62,835 bases of DNA from a virus (lineage: Duplodnaviria; Caudoviricetes): the IMG/VR virus record IMGVR_UViG_3300032282_004527, positions 1 through 62,835 of that record. One strand, written 5' to 3'. A model generated the notes under the pieces. That model had not been told where the DNA came from. It was given only the letters and a program-made list of their open reading frames with translations, and did not search any database. This document shows, piece by piece, positions 45,444-55,891 of the stretch (within the stretch, counting starts at the first letter, position 1; each line of letters opens with the position of its first letter). The position numbers and the translations under genes were made by a program.

Positions 45444-47186
45444 ATGCGCTTGAAGGAAGTGACTCTAACAAACTTCCGGTCCTATAAGGGAGTCCACACC
45501 TTCAAGCCCCGTTCAGGGGCTTCTTTTATCCTTGGTAGTAATTCCGATAACGGGTACTCCAGCAACGGAGGAGGTAAGACATCCCTCCTGTCTGCTATTG
45601 CCTGGGGGCTGTATGGGGAACTGGCGACGGGGTCGGCTAAGGATGCTGTCATCCATTATGGGGAACTCGAAGTAGCGGTTGAGATTAAGTTCGAGGGGCT
45701 CGTAGTCCGTAGGTCCAAGAAGCGAGCAAAGCCAGAAATACTTGAATTTTTTTCCGAAGAGTATGGTACCTGGATTCGTGAAGACCTCGACCAAACGCAA
45801 GACAAGCTAGACAAGTATGTAGGGGTAAGTAAAGACCTCTTCTATAACGCCTTCTGGTTGGACAATGCTAGTAAGACCGTACAGTTCCTCTTCAAGCGCC
45901 CCGCAGAGCGCCTACAGGCCCTTCAGGACCTTCTAGGGGAGGGGTTCTTTGCTAAGGCCAAGAAGGCCGCTACAGCTAAAAGACAGGCAATAGACACGCA
46001 AATCAGCAAGATAGAGAGCGACCTCCCCTGGCTCGAGAAGCAAGAGAAGGCCCACATTTCTAGGGTGTTTGATCTTGAGCAGCAGCTTATAAGGGAAGAA
46101 TCGAGAGTACAAAAGGCAGAGCAAGAAAACAAGTCCCTACTCCTCTCCCAGGAGGAAGATCTGAACAAGCTTGTTAGGTGTGTCGAGGTTCTTGTCTTTG
46201 AAAGAGACCAGCTAGCCGAAAGGCTAAACATAAGCCCCGAGGAACTAATCCGAAATTGCGCCCTTCTCGAGGCCCAGATCCGCCAAACAGAGGACAAGTT
46301 CCAAAAGCAGTACACAGGGAAAGCAGACAAAACATGCCCCACATGTCTTCGACCACTAGAAGCAGAAGATAAGAAGGTGCTAGAAGAAGAGAAGAACAAG
46401 CTGTTCAAAGACCTCACAAGACTAAAAAAAGCCCTCGACACAGAAAAGAAGAAAAAAGACGAAGTACAGAAAGAAAAGAAGAAAATCGACAAAATCTCTT
46501 CTGAGATTTTAGAAGCAAAAACAATGATAAATATTAAATCCAAGACGATAGAAGAAAACAAAAAGAGAGTCGTAGTAGAAGACAAAGCTCTTCTGTCTAG
46601 GTTGAGGGGTTTGATTGAGAAGGAGCGAGAAAACCTAGAGACAACGAAGAGAGAGCAGAAAGAAAAAAAGTCACTTCTTGAGAGTCTTAAAGAAAGAGTT
46701 CCTATGTATAGGTTCTGGGAGGAGGGGTTTGGGAGCAAGGGTATCCAGAATCTTCTTCTAGACGATGTTCGTGGGCTTCTCGACCAGTTCACGAGAAACT
46801 ACTTGGCTCATTTTTCTGGGGAAGTTCTTAGGGTAGTGTACCCTAAGAGTGATAAAGGGTTTGAGATTTTGGTCTCCTATCGAGGAAAGGAGACTCCTAT
46901 TTCAAACCTGAGCCGAGGAGAAGTAGGTCGGGCAAACATGGCCGTTCTTCTAGCTCTTCGAAAGATGCTTCTGTTTATGAATAGGAGCAAGATAGACTTC
47001 ATCGTATTGGATGACGCTATCTCCGACCTAGACGAGAGCGGAACCCAAAGTATCGTAGACCTGGTTGAAGTTCTTTCCAAGGAGGTTGGTTCCGTGTTCG
47101 TCACCCTTCCACAGCACCTTCCAACAATCAAACAGGAACTTGTTGTGAGGGTATCAAAAAAGGACGGAGCTTCTTGCATCCTGTAG
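45444..47186 (+). CDS. sbcC: SbcC/Rad50 (T4 gp46-like) SMC ATPase
   Basis: NFRSY, SNGGGKTS, CPTC zinc hook, LSRGE signature, VLDD..SDLD. Confidence 0.92.
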   Translation: MRLKEVTLTNFRSYKGVHTFKPRSGASFILGSNSDNGYSSNGGGKTSLLSAIAWGLYGELATGSAKDAVIHYGELEVAVEIKFEGLVVRRSKKRAKPEILEFFSEEYGTWIREDLDQTQDKLDKYVGVSKDLFYNAFWLDNASKTVQFLFKRPAERLQALQDLLGEGFFAKAKKAATAKRQAIDTQISKIESDLPWLEKQEKAHISRVFDLEQQLIREESRVQKAEQENKSLLLSQEEDLNKLVRCVEVLVFERDQLAERLNISPEELIRNCALLEAQIRQTEDKFQKQYTGKADKTCPTCLRPLEAEDKKVLEEEKNKLFKDLTRLKKALDTEKKKKDEVQKEKKKIDKISSEILEAKTMINIKSKTIEENKKRVVVEDKALLSRLRGLIEKERENLETTKREQKEKKSLLESLKERVPMYRFWEEGFGSKGIQNLLLDDVRGLLDQFTRNYLAHFSGEVLRVVYPKSDKGFEILVSYRGKETPISNLSRGEVGRANMAVLLALRKMLLFMNRSKIDFIVLDDAISDLDESGTQSIVDLVEVLSKEVGSVFVTLPQHLPTIKQELVVRVSKKDGASCIL

Positions 47187-47199
47187 GTTGGGGAGTAGA

Positions 47200-47757
47200 A
47201 TGAGAATTTTAGGAATAGACCCAGGAACTCGTAAAGTTGGGTGGGCTATCTTTGATACAGAACTGCAGTCCTTCACGTCGCACGGACATTCTATTTTTGA
47301 CGATCCTGATATTGACTATCGTTTAGAGGGGATCAGGATATGGCTTTTTAGAATGCTCGAAAGCACCTGGAGGGATGTTAGTATTGTCTCTTACGAGAAG
47401 ATGTTCTCAAACGGAACGTCGGCAGACGCCCCCCTAGCGACGTTTACGTGGCTTCTTCGTATTGCCACTAAGAAAAGTTTCAGTAAAGACGACGCTGTAG
47501 AGATAAAAGAGATCCCCCACTCTCTAGCCTACAAGTTAGTGTGCGGGGAGGGGTCTGTTGAGAAGAAGTGGGTTAAGTCTGTCCTTGAGTTAACGTACAA
47601 CGCCAAGTTCAGTACGCTAGACGAATCTGACGCCGCAGCAATGGCACTTGCCGCTTGGAAGCGTGGGTACGAACAGAAGCCAGAAAAAAAGAAGAAGCCC
47701 CGACTCAAAAGAGTGGAGGCCTCCCTTCACGAGATAGACGATTGTCTATCGTCGTGA
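47200..47757 (+). CDS. ruvC: RuvC Holliday junction resolvase
   Basis: ILGIDPGT, YE and DESDAAAMA. Confidence 0.88.
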   Translation: MRILGIDPGTRKVGWAIFDTELQSFTSHGHSIFDDPDIDYRLEGIRIWLFRMLESTWRDVSIVSYEKMFSNGTSADAPLATFTWLLRIATKKSFSKDDAVEIKEIPHSLAYKLVCGEGSVEKKWVKSVLELTYNAKFSTLDESDAAAMALAAWKRGYEQKPEKKKKPRLKRVEASLHEIDDCLSS

Positions 47758-47760
47758 TAC

Positions 47761-47811
47761 CTACGCCTTGCTGCGAGCCCGACGGGCCTTCTTACGCTTA
47801 CCTCTAGCCAT
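47761..47811 (-). CDS. Basic micropeptide MARGKRKKARRARSKA
   Basis: AGAAAGGAGGT RBS 8 nt before ATG; leader duplicated with the adjacent micro-ORF. Confidence 0.6.
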   Translation of the reverse strand: MARGKRKKARRARSKA

Positions 47812-47844
47812 TGAGATCCACCTCCTTTCTAGGATTTATAAGTT

Positions 47845-47907
47845 TCAGCAAGCTCCACGGCTGCCGCCTCTAGGGGAGACTTTCATCTTTCTCTTACCCT
47901 TAGCCAT
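47845..47907 (-). CDS. Basic micropeptide MAKGKRKMKVSPRGGSRGAC
   Basis: AGAAAGGAGGT RBS 8 nt before ATG. Confidence 0.6.
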   Translation of the reverse strand: MAKGKRKMKVSPRGGSRGAC

Positions 47908-47932
47908 TGAGATCTACCTCCTTTCTAGCATA

Positions 47933-48400
47933 CTACTTTCTAATAATAGGGGCCCCTAGTGGGTGCTGATCTGTGTCTGACATCATCTGCTCCCACGAGG
48001 ACGGTCCTGGAGCGGGTGGCGGAGGAAGTAGGTGAGAGGGGAGTAAAGAAGTCCCCAAAGTGACCTGCTCTCCGGAACCTCCGTATGTGTTTTGCCCCGT
48101 ATCCATTTGTCGAGATTCCCACCAGTCCGTCGGGCCCAGAAGAGGTTGTGTATGTCCTATTGGGGTGCCTAAAGAATGTTGTGCAGTGTCCCGAAGAACT
48201 CTATTGAAAGGGTATCGTGCTCTTTGTTCGATCACTTGACCTGTTTCAGGATTCCTAACTACGTCTGGGTAGTACCAGGGCAAGGGATAAACTTGTCTTT
48301 CTATTGACGGGTCTTTGTAATTTTTGTTAGACATAGCAATGTCTAACATTGTTCGTATTGTTCTTTCCAACCACTCTGCGTATTGTCGATGTTCGTCCAC
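47933..48400 (-). CDS. Hypothetical protein
   Basis: Likely GTG start at 48400 after GAGGT. Confidence 0.55.
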   Translation of the reverse strand: MDEHRQYAEWLERTIRTMLDIAMSNKNYKDPSIERQVYPLPWYYPDVVRNPETGQVIEQRARYPFNRVLRDTAQHSLGTPIGHTQPLLGPTDWWESRQMDTGQNTYGGSGEQVTLGTSLLPSHLLPPPPAPGPSSWEQMMSDTDQHPLGAPIIRK

Positions 48401-48402
48401 TG

Positions 48403-48678
48403 TTACCTCATATGAGGTATAAGCATTGAAATAATAACAAGAACCACCGTTATAACTTGAATCCACACCGCTGTTTTTTCACGGAGACTTTTGGGGTCTT
48501 CGTTTTCTTTTATCTTAGAAACAGAGGCCTGAAGATTGTCGATCTTATCTTCAATATGATGAAGACACTCAACAATCCTCACGACCTCTAATTCCAAGGT
48601 GTGGACCTTATCCGTGTAATTGGTAACGGAAGACTTTAAGTCTTCGAATCGGGCGTGCCCGTTACTAACCTCAGGCAT
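48403..48678 (-). CDS. Coiled-coil protein with C-terminal TM helix (holin- or XhlA-like)
   Basis: WIQVITVVLVIISMLI; lies in the lysis cassette. Confidence 0.55.
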   Translation of the reverse strand: MPEVSNGHARFEDLKSSVTNYTDKVHTLELEVVRIVECLHHIEDKIDNLQASVSKIKENEDPKSLREKTAVWIQVITVVLVIISMLIPHMR

Positions 48679-48832
48679 TCTTTTTCAACCTGGTCTGCAA
48701 CCAAAAGTGCACCAGCTGAAACAGCCCATTCGCCTGTACTGAGGGGATATAGGCGATAAGCTCACTACAAGCGAAAAGTATTGCAAAAACTTCTGCGGCA
48801 TGGGAAGAAAGAAAGCTCATTGCATCCATCAT
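48671..48832 (-). CDS. Small holin-like membrane protein (not in the ORF track)
   Basis: ...VFAILFACSELIAYIPSVQANGLFQLV...; ATGA overlap with the NlpC gene. Confidence 0.55.
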   Translation of the reverse strand: MMDAMSFLSSHAAEVFAILFACSELIAYIPSVQANGLFQLVHFWLQTRLKKNA

Positions 48833-49440
48833 TTTCTCCTAATTATAACCGCATTCTTTTCTTTATTATACTCGATATTGAAACCTAATGCAACACATAT
48901 GGGTCGAAGGTCTCCTCGTATTCTATCATTTTCAATCTCAGCCTTGCAAGGAATTTGAATTTCATCCTCGTCCACAAGAAGAACTCGGATGTTTATCTTT
49001 GGAATTTCCATAAGGGCCCAAGGCCGCCGTATTTGCTTTATCTTGTTTCTTCCAAACGTAAAGATCGATCTCTTCATTACGGGGTGGGAGGAGGTAGGTC
49101 TGTCTACTATCATGTTCGAGCCCACGCAGGTACCTACGTGGGTTATCGTTCCTTCGGGAAAGTCCCCATACGTATTTGAAAACATAACAATATCCCCGGC
49201 ACGAACATCCCGTATCTCAACAACGGGGCCGATTTCATTCCCCGCAAAAGAGTTCGCCATATCCTCTCCCGTGTCTTTAAACACGTCGTCGGGATTCGAG
49301 GCGATAGGGAGGGCCATACCTGCCTCCCTCCAGGCCGCCCGAGTAAATGCTGCGCACTGAGCGGGGGTGTTAGGTTTAAAATCTCTGCCAACCCAACCAT
49401 TTAAAACCGTCATGATAGTTTCGAGCTTTTGAATCAGCAT
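48829..49440 (-). CDS. NlpC/P60 (CHAP-like) cell-wall peptidase with C-terminal copper-amine-oxidase-N-like domain
   Basis: QCAAF, GDIVMF, ITHVG; C-terminal LRPICVALGFNIEYN. Confidence 0.8.
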   Translation of the reverse strand: MLIQKLETIMTVLNGWVGRDFKPNTPAQCAAFTRAAWREAGMALPIASNPDDVFKDTGEDMANSFAGNEIGPVVEIRDVRAGDIVMFSNTYGDFPEGTITHVGTCVGSNMIVDRPTSSHPVMKRSIFTFGRNKIKQIRRPWALMEIPKINIRVLLVDEDEIQIPCKAEIENDRIRGDLRPICVALGFNIEYNKEKNAVIIRRK

Positions 49441-52400
49441 CTAGTAGGCCCATTCTCTCCGACGAAGTTTGTAGGGGTCCTCCCCTGTTGGGTACGGCTT
49501 CACGAGATTTCCGTTGTATGTGTAGTTTGATACGTCGCCCAAAGTAAACTGGGCGGAGAAGTCTAAGAAAGCAGGCCCCACGTCTTTCCATCGATAAGGG
49601 TCGAGTACAGACTTCCCAAGCCGAAGCAACTGCGCGGCCGGCTTGTCAAGAGACCACAAGTCTGAAGTAAGCCAGCTTGTTTGAGGGGAAATCATGGACT
49701 CCCAAAGAGTCTCTTCTCTTACTTTTTTCATCTGGTAAGGATTCATTGCTTCTCTAAACTCTTGAGACAATCGAGACCGCACTAAGAAATATCGGTACAG
49801 GTCTGCTCTCCAAGACAGTGGGTTTAAATTTTTTCCTGCGGTTGTTTGAAACAGGTGTACCCACTGGTCCCACGGAAAATCTATCATAACACGGCTTTGA
49901 TTTCCACGATTATCAAATGAATAGGGGATAGGCATCGTCTTCGCCAGAGCCTCAGGTAGATGCTCTCTGTCGTATTCTTTTGTGTCTAGCATGTTGTCTG
50001 TTACGTAGTTTCTCATGAACTGAGCCATTACGTACTTCGACGGGTTCTGAATCATGTTTGGAATATGGAGAAGCATGTTCTGCACCTTCCAAGAGAAGAA
50101 GGGGAATGCTGCATATCCAAAACTCTTTGCATTTGGGTTTAGGTTTCTTGCACTATAATCAATAAGGAAGTAGTTCACCCAGTTTGCAGCCATGTTAGGA
50201 GGGATTCCCTGCTTAAGAAGCTGGTCAAACAGGGTTATCTTTACACCTCGGTCTAGCACGTCAAATACAAGGGTAGAAGCAATTCCTTTGTCCCAAATTC
50301 TACCTGCGGACCAAAAAGGATTTCTTCCTAGCTTTACATTCTCTGCCACGCTTCGGAACTGGGCGGACCCTCTAAAATGCGTAAGGCCTGACCTAACTGC
50401 CATTCTGTGGGTGGCGCTATCTTCGAGCGCTTGCGCTACCCGAGTCATGTAGTTCATTATCCCGGGATGGCGTGCTTCGTACTTAGAGGCTTCCTTTGTT
50501 GCGTCGTAGATAGTGTTAAAGAACCCTACCGGATTAACCCCCGCTATGTACGCAAGACCGAAGATGTTCTTAAGGTGAATAAGGTTAAACTGCACTGTCA
50601 ACTTCTGTACAAAGTTCCAGTAGTCAGAAATAACCTGCATAACTCCGTTTCTTATTTGGTAGTTGGGGAAGTACTGCTTAAGGTATCTATAGACATCCCC
50701 CGAGATGTAGTGGCCTTCTAGCGCTGGGATCAGCCCATTTGGACCTCCCAGGTTATGCCATGCGGTAGCCCCGTTTGCGTCTTTAAGGGTCTCCAGCTGC
50801 CTCCTAAGATCTTCTGTAGAAGGCTTCCTTATTACCGAGTTGTTTGGGAGGTACAGGAGAAGATTTGACAAGGCCTTTCTGTTTAAGATAGCAGTAAGCT
50901 GCTTTTTCTTTGCGCTTGCCCGAGACGAAATTACATCGTCGTCTACTCGAATGTTCAATGCCTCTTCGCCCTGGGCGATTCGCTCTGCATTACACTTTTC
51001 AATCTCGTGCATAACTCCCGCTGCGTCTTGCAGGGTTCTGTTCTTCTCTCCAGAGAAGCCTCGGGAAATCTGGTTACTGGCGCCAGGACCTGTCCCCGTA
51101 TAGACCTCATCAATACCTACATCCATGTCTTCAAGATTTCTCTTGATCAGGTACTGCTTGAAAGCTTCTATGCCTTTTTTATCTCCGACTAGGTCGTAAG
51201 GATGCCAGTTTTTGCGGTACATCGGCATCAGACCGGACTCCCAAGAGAGCCCGAACTGGCGAATACTGTCCTTCTCTAGCCCGCCGAGCCAATCAGCAAC
51301 AAACTCATTGACAGCCTTCTCTGATCCAAAGACCTTCTCTAATCCTGTAATAGAATCTAGTGCTTCGCTCTCTGCGATAGCGAACACCCGAAGGTCTCTT
51401 TTTATCGAGGAAGGAAGACTGTTCTTTCTCTGACTCGAAGACAGGGTAATAATATCCTTTAGGGGCATCTGCCCAATAAGACCTATGTTATCCCCCGCTG
51501 CCGTATGAAAATAATGAGCAAACTTACCGGAAAATTTTACAAGGTCTTCTTGTAGTTCTCTAGTAACCGTAAGTTTTGCCTCTAAAGTTGGATTTGCTTT
51601 CAATGCTGCCTTGTTTAAGAGCTCTCCATTAAGTTCGATTCCGTATTCAATACATGCCGGGTCTAGGTTTGCTCGAGACTTCTCGAGATCCTGAACAACC
51701 TCTAGAGCCCCGTAGTTAAGCCCGACTCTTCTAAACACGATGTCGCCTAGCTGATCTATTGTGTCGTAAACTCCGCCAGGCTTAAAAAGAAACTTTAGAG
51801 CCTCTTTTGGATTTCGAATTGTTTGGAATTGACTAAAACTTGTCTGGAGCCGGCTAAGTTCTTTTGTGTGCTCGTTAAGAACAATCTCGTTTGCTTTGTC
51901 TATTGCGTACTTGTACTGATACCCAATACGATCCATTAGTGCGGTCTTTAAAGAACCCTGAAGGTTTGCTTCAGAGATATCGGCCATTGTTTCAATAAGC
52001 TTCTTGAATCTCCACTCAGGAAGGGAGTCGATAAAATTGTTCAGCTCCGTAGCCTGTGCGGGAGTAATTTCCATGTTGGTTACTTTTTGAGCGATGTTTG
52101 TCTTGAACTGCGCACGGATTCTTTGGTTTACCTGCGTAAGGATATTTAAGTTTTGTACATTTCTATTCGGCGTGTAGGTGTTGTAACGCGCCTGATAAGA
52201 CCCTCCTGGGGCGGGGGTTTGAACAACGGTTGATTGCGTGGTGTAGTAGTTATTTCTAGACGAACTAGTGAAAAAGTCTCTAAACTGGTCGTCTTCTAGT
52301 AGATTTTTAAGAACCCGGATACCATCTAGGTTCTCTATGTTCTTTGTTTCAAACGCATCGTTTATTGTCTTCTGCAGAGATGCGTAGTTTTTAGTGATAT

Positions 52401-54762
52401 CTTTTAGTTGCTCAATGATGTTGTTTTCTAATCTTCGGTGTGCTGCCGCTACAGGGTAGGAGACCGTGGATCTCATCATGTCTTCGAAAGCAAGAAGCAT
52501 TCTAGTAAGGCCTCCGGACAGCTGCCTTTGCATCTTGTCTTTTCCGAGTATCTTGGAGATCTGATCAGGGGTGTATCCTTGTGCGAGTAGACGAGCCTTT
52601 TCTTGGTTCTCTCTTTTGACTGACCCGCCCTTGGCCTCAAGCATCAACTCAAAAAGCTCGATAGTCCACTCTTTCTTCTGTTGCGCAGAGATTCGAGGAT
52701 CCGATATCTGATTGACAAGGTGCTCTATGTCAGCGGTAGCCGTTCTAAGTTTGCTAGAAGCCTCACTAGTGATGTTTCTAACATCTTCAAAAGCTCGGTC
52801 CAGCCTGAACCCGGCTTTTCTCTGCGTATGCATGATGTCGCCATGCGTCGTATTCAAGTAGTGATAAATATCCGATACTGACCCCTGATTGGTGCCGGTA
52901 TGTGCGTACTTAATAAGATTCTGTGGGTCTAGCATGGCCCTCATTCTTGTGATGGCCGTGTCTAGTTTGGTTGCTTCGGTAGCAAAGTAACCGTGGGGGA
53001 GGTGATGCATAACCTTAGAGAACACAGACAACGTAGTCATAAGATTCTCTAGATGAAGTCTGCGGTTGTTTTTTCCGGTAATAGCCCCAATTTCGTCAAG
53101 AACAAATTTCTGTAACTTAGCTTCGTCAACAAGAACTTTAGACCCGGTTATCTCTGTGATATTATCAAATATAGGGTCTTTCTGAATCATTGAAATAAGA
53201 TGTTCAAATTGAATAGCATTTAACTTGCCCACGTCTACAGGAGAATTTCCTAAAGACGAAGCGCCAAAAATTGCTCTTCTATTGTTGTTCGTAGGGGAGA
53301 CGTACCCTATAGTAGCATTTACAAAGCTGTTCACCTGGTCAAGGAGGGCGGGATCAACAATAGTCTCTAACGGGGCTCTAAGCTCTGGCGTATCTCGTAC
53401 TGACTCAAAGAATATGCTCCTAAAGGCTGTCCCTATTGCAGGGATGGGGGAAGGGGCTATCTTGATTCCGCGTTCCCTACTGTCTCTATAGTTTTCCCAG
53501 TTACTGAAGTCATGCCCTACATGAAGTCGGATGTAGGGAAGGCCGTCAAGGGCTTCTTTCTCTACGTAGGCGGCGTAGGCCGCAATGTTCCTGATCTTGT
53601 CCGACAAAGGGGCGGGGCTTACGCTATCAAAAAGGTCTAGATTTATTTTTGAATGTTTCTTTAACTCTGATATCGGCAGCTGTAAAAACTCATCCCTTAT
53701 CTCTTCAAAAGACTGATTTCTTCTAGTTTTAGGGTTATAAAATATTTTTACGCTGCTCTTATCTAGCGCGGGATTGATGTACTGCATAAGGTTCGGGTCT
53801 GTGTAGGTCTTCGCAGCCTGAGGGAATTCCTGAACTATGTGAGACCCCTTCGGCTCTCTTACTTTTAAAGTATCCGCCACCATATTAGGAACCACGATAT
53901 GACGGATGTTCTCTGGTGTCAGCTCGTCAGCAAGGGTAGCGAACCTTCTAGCTTCCATCTGTCGTTCGGGGGAAGCCCCCGCAAGGGTTGGATGTTTTTC
54001 TAAGATACTTAGGGCATCTCTTGTTAGGTGACGTGGGCCAAAAGAAACAGCACGAGAAAACTTGTTCTGAAGTTTAATGTCTGCCGCAAAACCCGCAGCC
54101 TCTGTGACCCATCTAGCGGGGGCTGCCCATCCTCGACTGTTTGTGTACTTGTACGCAGCCTCATAGAGAGACGCGGTCTCGTCAAACCCTGCGGCAGCCG
54201 TTATCATCGAAGCAGGAGCATTAAACGGTAAGTTAAAGGCTTCTAGGGCTGTCAGCGGTATCGCCCAAGAGCTTTCGCTTCTACTTGCCCAAGCATTTTT
54301 TACCGGGGCCGTCATGTTATGAATAGAGCGCCAAAACCACTTACCGGCTGCGTCGTAACTGCTAAGCGGATTAACGGGGTCTAACTGATAGTTACTTAAA
54401 GGATCGTCCCAATTCCCAGTAGGCTCGGGGGTTTTCTTTCTACGAGCGTCAAAAACAAAAGGCTCGTTAGGCCTCTGGGAGTCTCCCTTTTTAGGGGAAA
54501 AATCAACCCCTTCTTTGTGGGTTCGTACTTGCGGAGACTCCCTACCCGCTGAAGTCCTCTTCTCCGCAGGAGTCGAAGGAAGAGGTTCGATCTTGGCTTT
54601 TCTTGGCTCCATTGGCGGGGCAGGCCGACTATCCGTCGGAGCCATAGGGTCAAAAGACTCTCGCCTATCGATGGGAGCCATAGGGTCGAAGGATTTTCTT
54701 TTATTTAACTCCTCCTCAGATGGCGGAGGATTAAAAGGGTCAAACTTATTGATCTTTCCCAC
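49441..54762 (-). CDS. Large (1773 aa) putative internal virion / DNA ejection protein
   Basis: Size, position at the end of the tail module, C-terminal DY...PFFSW motif typical of such proteins. Confidence 0.6.
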   Translation of the reverse strand: MGKINKFDPFNPPPSEEELNKRKSFDPMAPIDRRESFDPMAPTDSRPAPPMEPRKAKIEPLPSTPAEKRTSAGRESPQVRTHKEGVDFSPKKGDSQRPNEPFVFDARRKKTPEPTGNWDDPLSNYQLDPVNPLSSYDAAGKWFWRSIHNMTAPVKNAWASRSESSWAIPLTALEAFNLPFNAPASMITAAAGFDETASLYEAAYKYTNSRGWAAPARWVTEAAGFAADIKLQNKFSRAVSFGPRHLTRDALSILEKHPTLAGASPERQMEARRFATLADELTPENIRHIVVPNMVADTLKVREPKGSHIVQEFPQAAKTYTDPNLMQYINPALDKSSVKIFYNPKTRRNQSFEEIRDEFLQLPISELKKHSKINLDLFDSVSPAPLSDKIRNIAAYAAYVEKEALDGLPYIRLHVGHDFSNWENYRDSRERGIKIAPSPIPAIGTAFRSIFFESVRDTPELRAPLETIVDPALLDQVNSFVNATIGYVSPTNNNRRAIFGASSLGNSPVDVGKLNAIQFEHLISMIQKDPIFDNITEITGSKVLVDEAKLQKFVLDEIGAITGKNNRRLHLENLMTTLSVFSKVMHHLPHGYFATEATKLDTAITRMRAMLDPQNLIKYAHTGTNQGSVSDIYHYLNTTHGDIMHTQRKAGFRLDRAFEDVRNITSEASSKLRTATADIEHLVNQISDPRISAQQKKEWTIELFELMLEAKGGSVKRENQEKARLLAQGYTPDQISKILGKDKMQRQLSGGLTRMLLAFEDMMRSTVSYPVAAAHRRLENNIIEQLKDITKNYASLQKTINDAFETKNIENLDGIRVLKNLLEDDQFRDFFTSSSRNNYYTTQSTVVQTPAPGGSYQARYNTYTPNRNVQNLNILTQVNQRIRAQFKTNIAQKVTNMEITPAQATELNNFIDSLPEWRFKKLIETMADISEANLQGSLKTALMDRIGYQYKYAIDKANEIVLNEHTKELSRLQTSFSQFQTIRNPKEALKFLFKPGGVYDTIDQLGDIVFRRVGLNYGALEVVQDLEKSRANLDPACIEYGIELNGELLNKAALKANPTLEAKLTVTRELQEDLVKFSGKFAHYFHTAAGDNIGLIGQMPLKDIITLSSSQRKNSLPSSIKRDLRVFAIAESEALDSITGLEKVFGSEKAVNEFVADWLGGLEKDSIRQFGLSWESGLMPMYRKNWHPYDLVGDKKGIEAFKQYLIKRNLEDMDVGIDEVYTGTGPGASNQISRGFSGEKNRTLQDAAGVMHEIEKCNAERIAQGEEALNIRVDDDVISSRASAKKKQLTAILNRKALSNLLLYLPNNSVIRKPSTEDLRRQLETLKDANGATAWHNLGGPNGLIPALEGHYISGDVYRYLKQYFPNYQIRNGVMQVISDYWNFVQKLTVQFNLIHLKNIFGLAYIAGVNPVGFFNTIYDATKEASKYEARHPGIMNYMTRVAQALEDSATHRMAVRSGLTHFRGSAQFRSVAENVKLGRNPFWSAGRIWDKGIASTLVFDVLDRGVKITLFDQLLKQGIPPNMAANWVNYFLIDYSARNLNPNAKSFGYAAFPFFSWKVQNMLLHIPNMIQNPSKYVMAQFMRNYVTDNMLDTKEYDREHLPEALAKTMPIPYSFDNRGNQSRVMIDFPWDQWVHLFQTTAGKNLNPLSWRADLYRYFLVRSRLSQEFREAMNPYQMKKVREETLWESMISPQTSWLTSDLWSLDKPAAQLLRLGKSVLDPYRWKDVGPAFLDFSAQFTLGDVSNYTYNGNLVKPYPTGEDPYKLRRREWAY

Positions 54763-55883
54763 TAAATGGAACTCCTCAGGTAATCGTCAATGCCTTTAAT
54801 AATTTCTGGGCTTGAACCCGAGGTTCCTTTAGAAGTGGACGTTGTCGATCCTGTTGTTTTGCCTCGAATCGTTTCCTGGTCTTCTGCGGAAAGTTTAGAG
54901 TTAAAATACTTTAAAGCCTCTTGGCGCCCAACAAACTTAGGCGATTTCTTTCCTTTTCCTGACTCGTTAAATCTTTCAAATACATTGCTCTGTGCCCCTG
55001 TAGCGTCATAGGTAGGAGCAAAACTAGTCTCTCCGGTTTCGGCATTCTGCAGATACCCGCCAAAAGAAGTTACAGGCCCCTTTGCACGGTCTCCTGACGG
55101 AACCCCTACCGAACTACTCGGCATTTCCCGGACTCCGCCACCCGTCGCCCGACTTCTTGGGAAACCGGAACGATCAAGCATCCAGTCCGCGTACCTGCCT
55201 GCCTTGCCCATGTCTATGCGCTCTACCTCAGCAATTCTTTTCTCATGCTCTTGAATAATTTTCTCGTCATCTCGCAAAGACTGCCCGGAAGTCTGCTGCA
55301 ATCTGTTAGACTCGTCTACTAGGCTGATTCTTTTTTGCATGTCCGCCGAAATAAATTCAGATACTCTCTGCTGAATAGGTAGTCTTATAATGTTTCGAAC
55401 GTTTGCAAAGGGCATTCCAGGCTCAAACATTCTTTCTGCTTGATGCTTGGTCAAGGCCCCGTCAGCGATAAGCTGCGCGGCCTGAAGAAATGTTCTGTGG
55501 ATCTCTACCTGATCTTTTACGGCCTGCCGATTCTCCTGCGGGACCTTTAGACGGGCAGCGAGCTCTTTGTTTAGCTGGTCCACCTGCATCTTTCTTTGGG
55601 GCTCGTAAATGTTCTTTATGAATCCCTCGGTGTAGTGGCCCCACATCTTAGCGCGCTCAGTCTCTTGCTTCAGTGCTTCTTCCCGTCGCTTGTTTTCGAG
55701 TTCTGATTGACTCTTTTTCATCTCTGCGATTTTTGAAACAATCTGAAGAACGTGCATCCTGTCCGTGATCTGCTTAGACTCTGCGGCGCTGGATGCCGTT
55801 GCGGCCTTGCGTATGGCTTCTTCTGACGAAGAAGAAGAAGAAGAAGACGTATGGAGCGGGGACCACCATCCCGGATCAGACAT
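54762..55883 (-). CDS. Putative ejection or internal virion protein
   Basis: Helical Q/E/K-rich 373 aa; AGGAG RBS. Confidence 0.55.
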   Translation of the reverse strand: MSDPGWWSPLHTSSSSSSSSEEAIRKAATASSAAESKQITDRMHVLQIVSKIAEMKKSQSELENKRREEALKQETERAKMWGHYTEGFIKNIYEPQRKMQVDQLNKELAARLKVPQENRQAVKDQVEIHRTFLQAAQLIADGALTKHQAERMFEPGMPFANVRNIIRLPIQQRVSEFISADMQKRISLVDESNRLQQTSGQSLRDDEKIIQEHEKRIAEVERIDMGKAGRYADWMLDRSGFPRSRATGGGVREMPSSSVGVPSGDRAKGPVTSFGGYLQNAETGETSFAPTYDATGAQSNVFERFNESGKGKKSPKFVGRQEALKYFNSKLSAEDQETIRGKTTGSTTSTSKGTSGSSPEIIKGIDDYLRSSI

Positions 55884-55891
55884 AAAAACTC

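Noticed and set aside
45923-46792. 289-aa minus-strand ORF and similar long antisense ORFs
   Set aside because: Antisense shadows of coiled-coil-rich genes such as sbcC, with Ser/Phe/Leu-biased composition
47768-47959. Plus-strand 63-aa ORF with an internal repeat
   Set aside because: It is the antisense shadow of the two minus-strand micro-ORFs that carry strong RBSs
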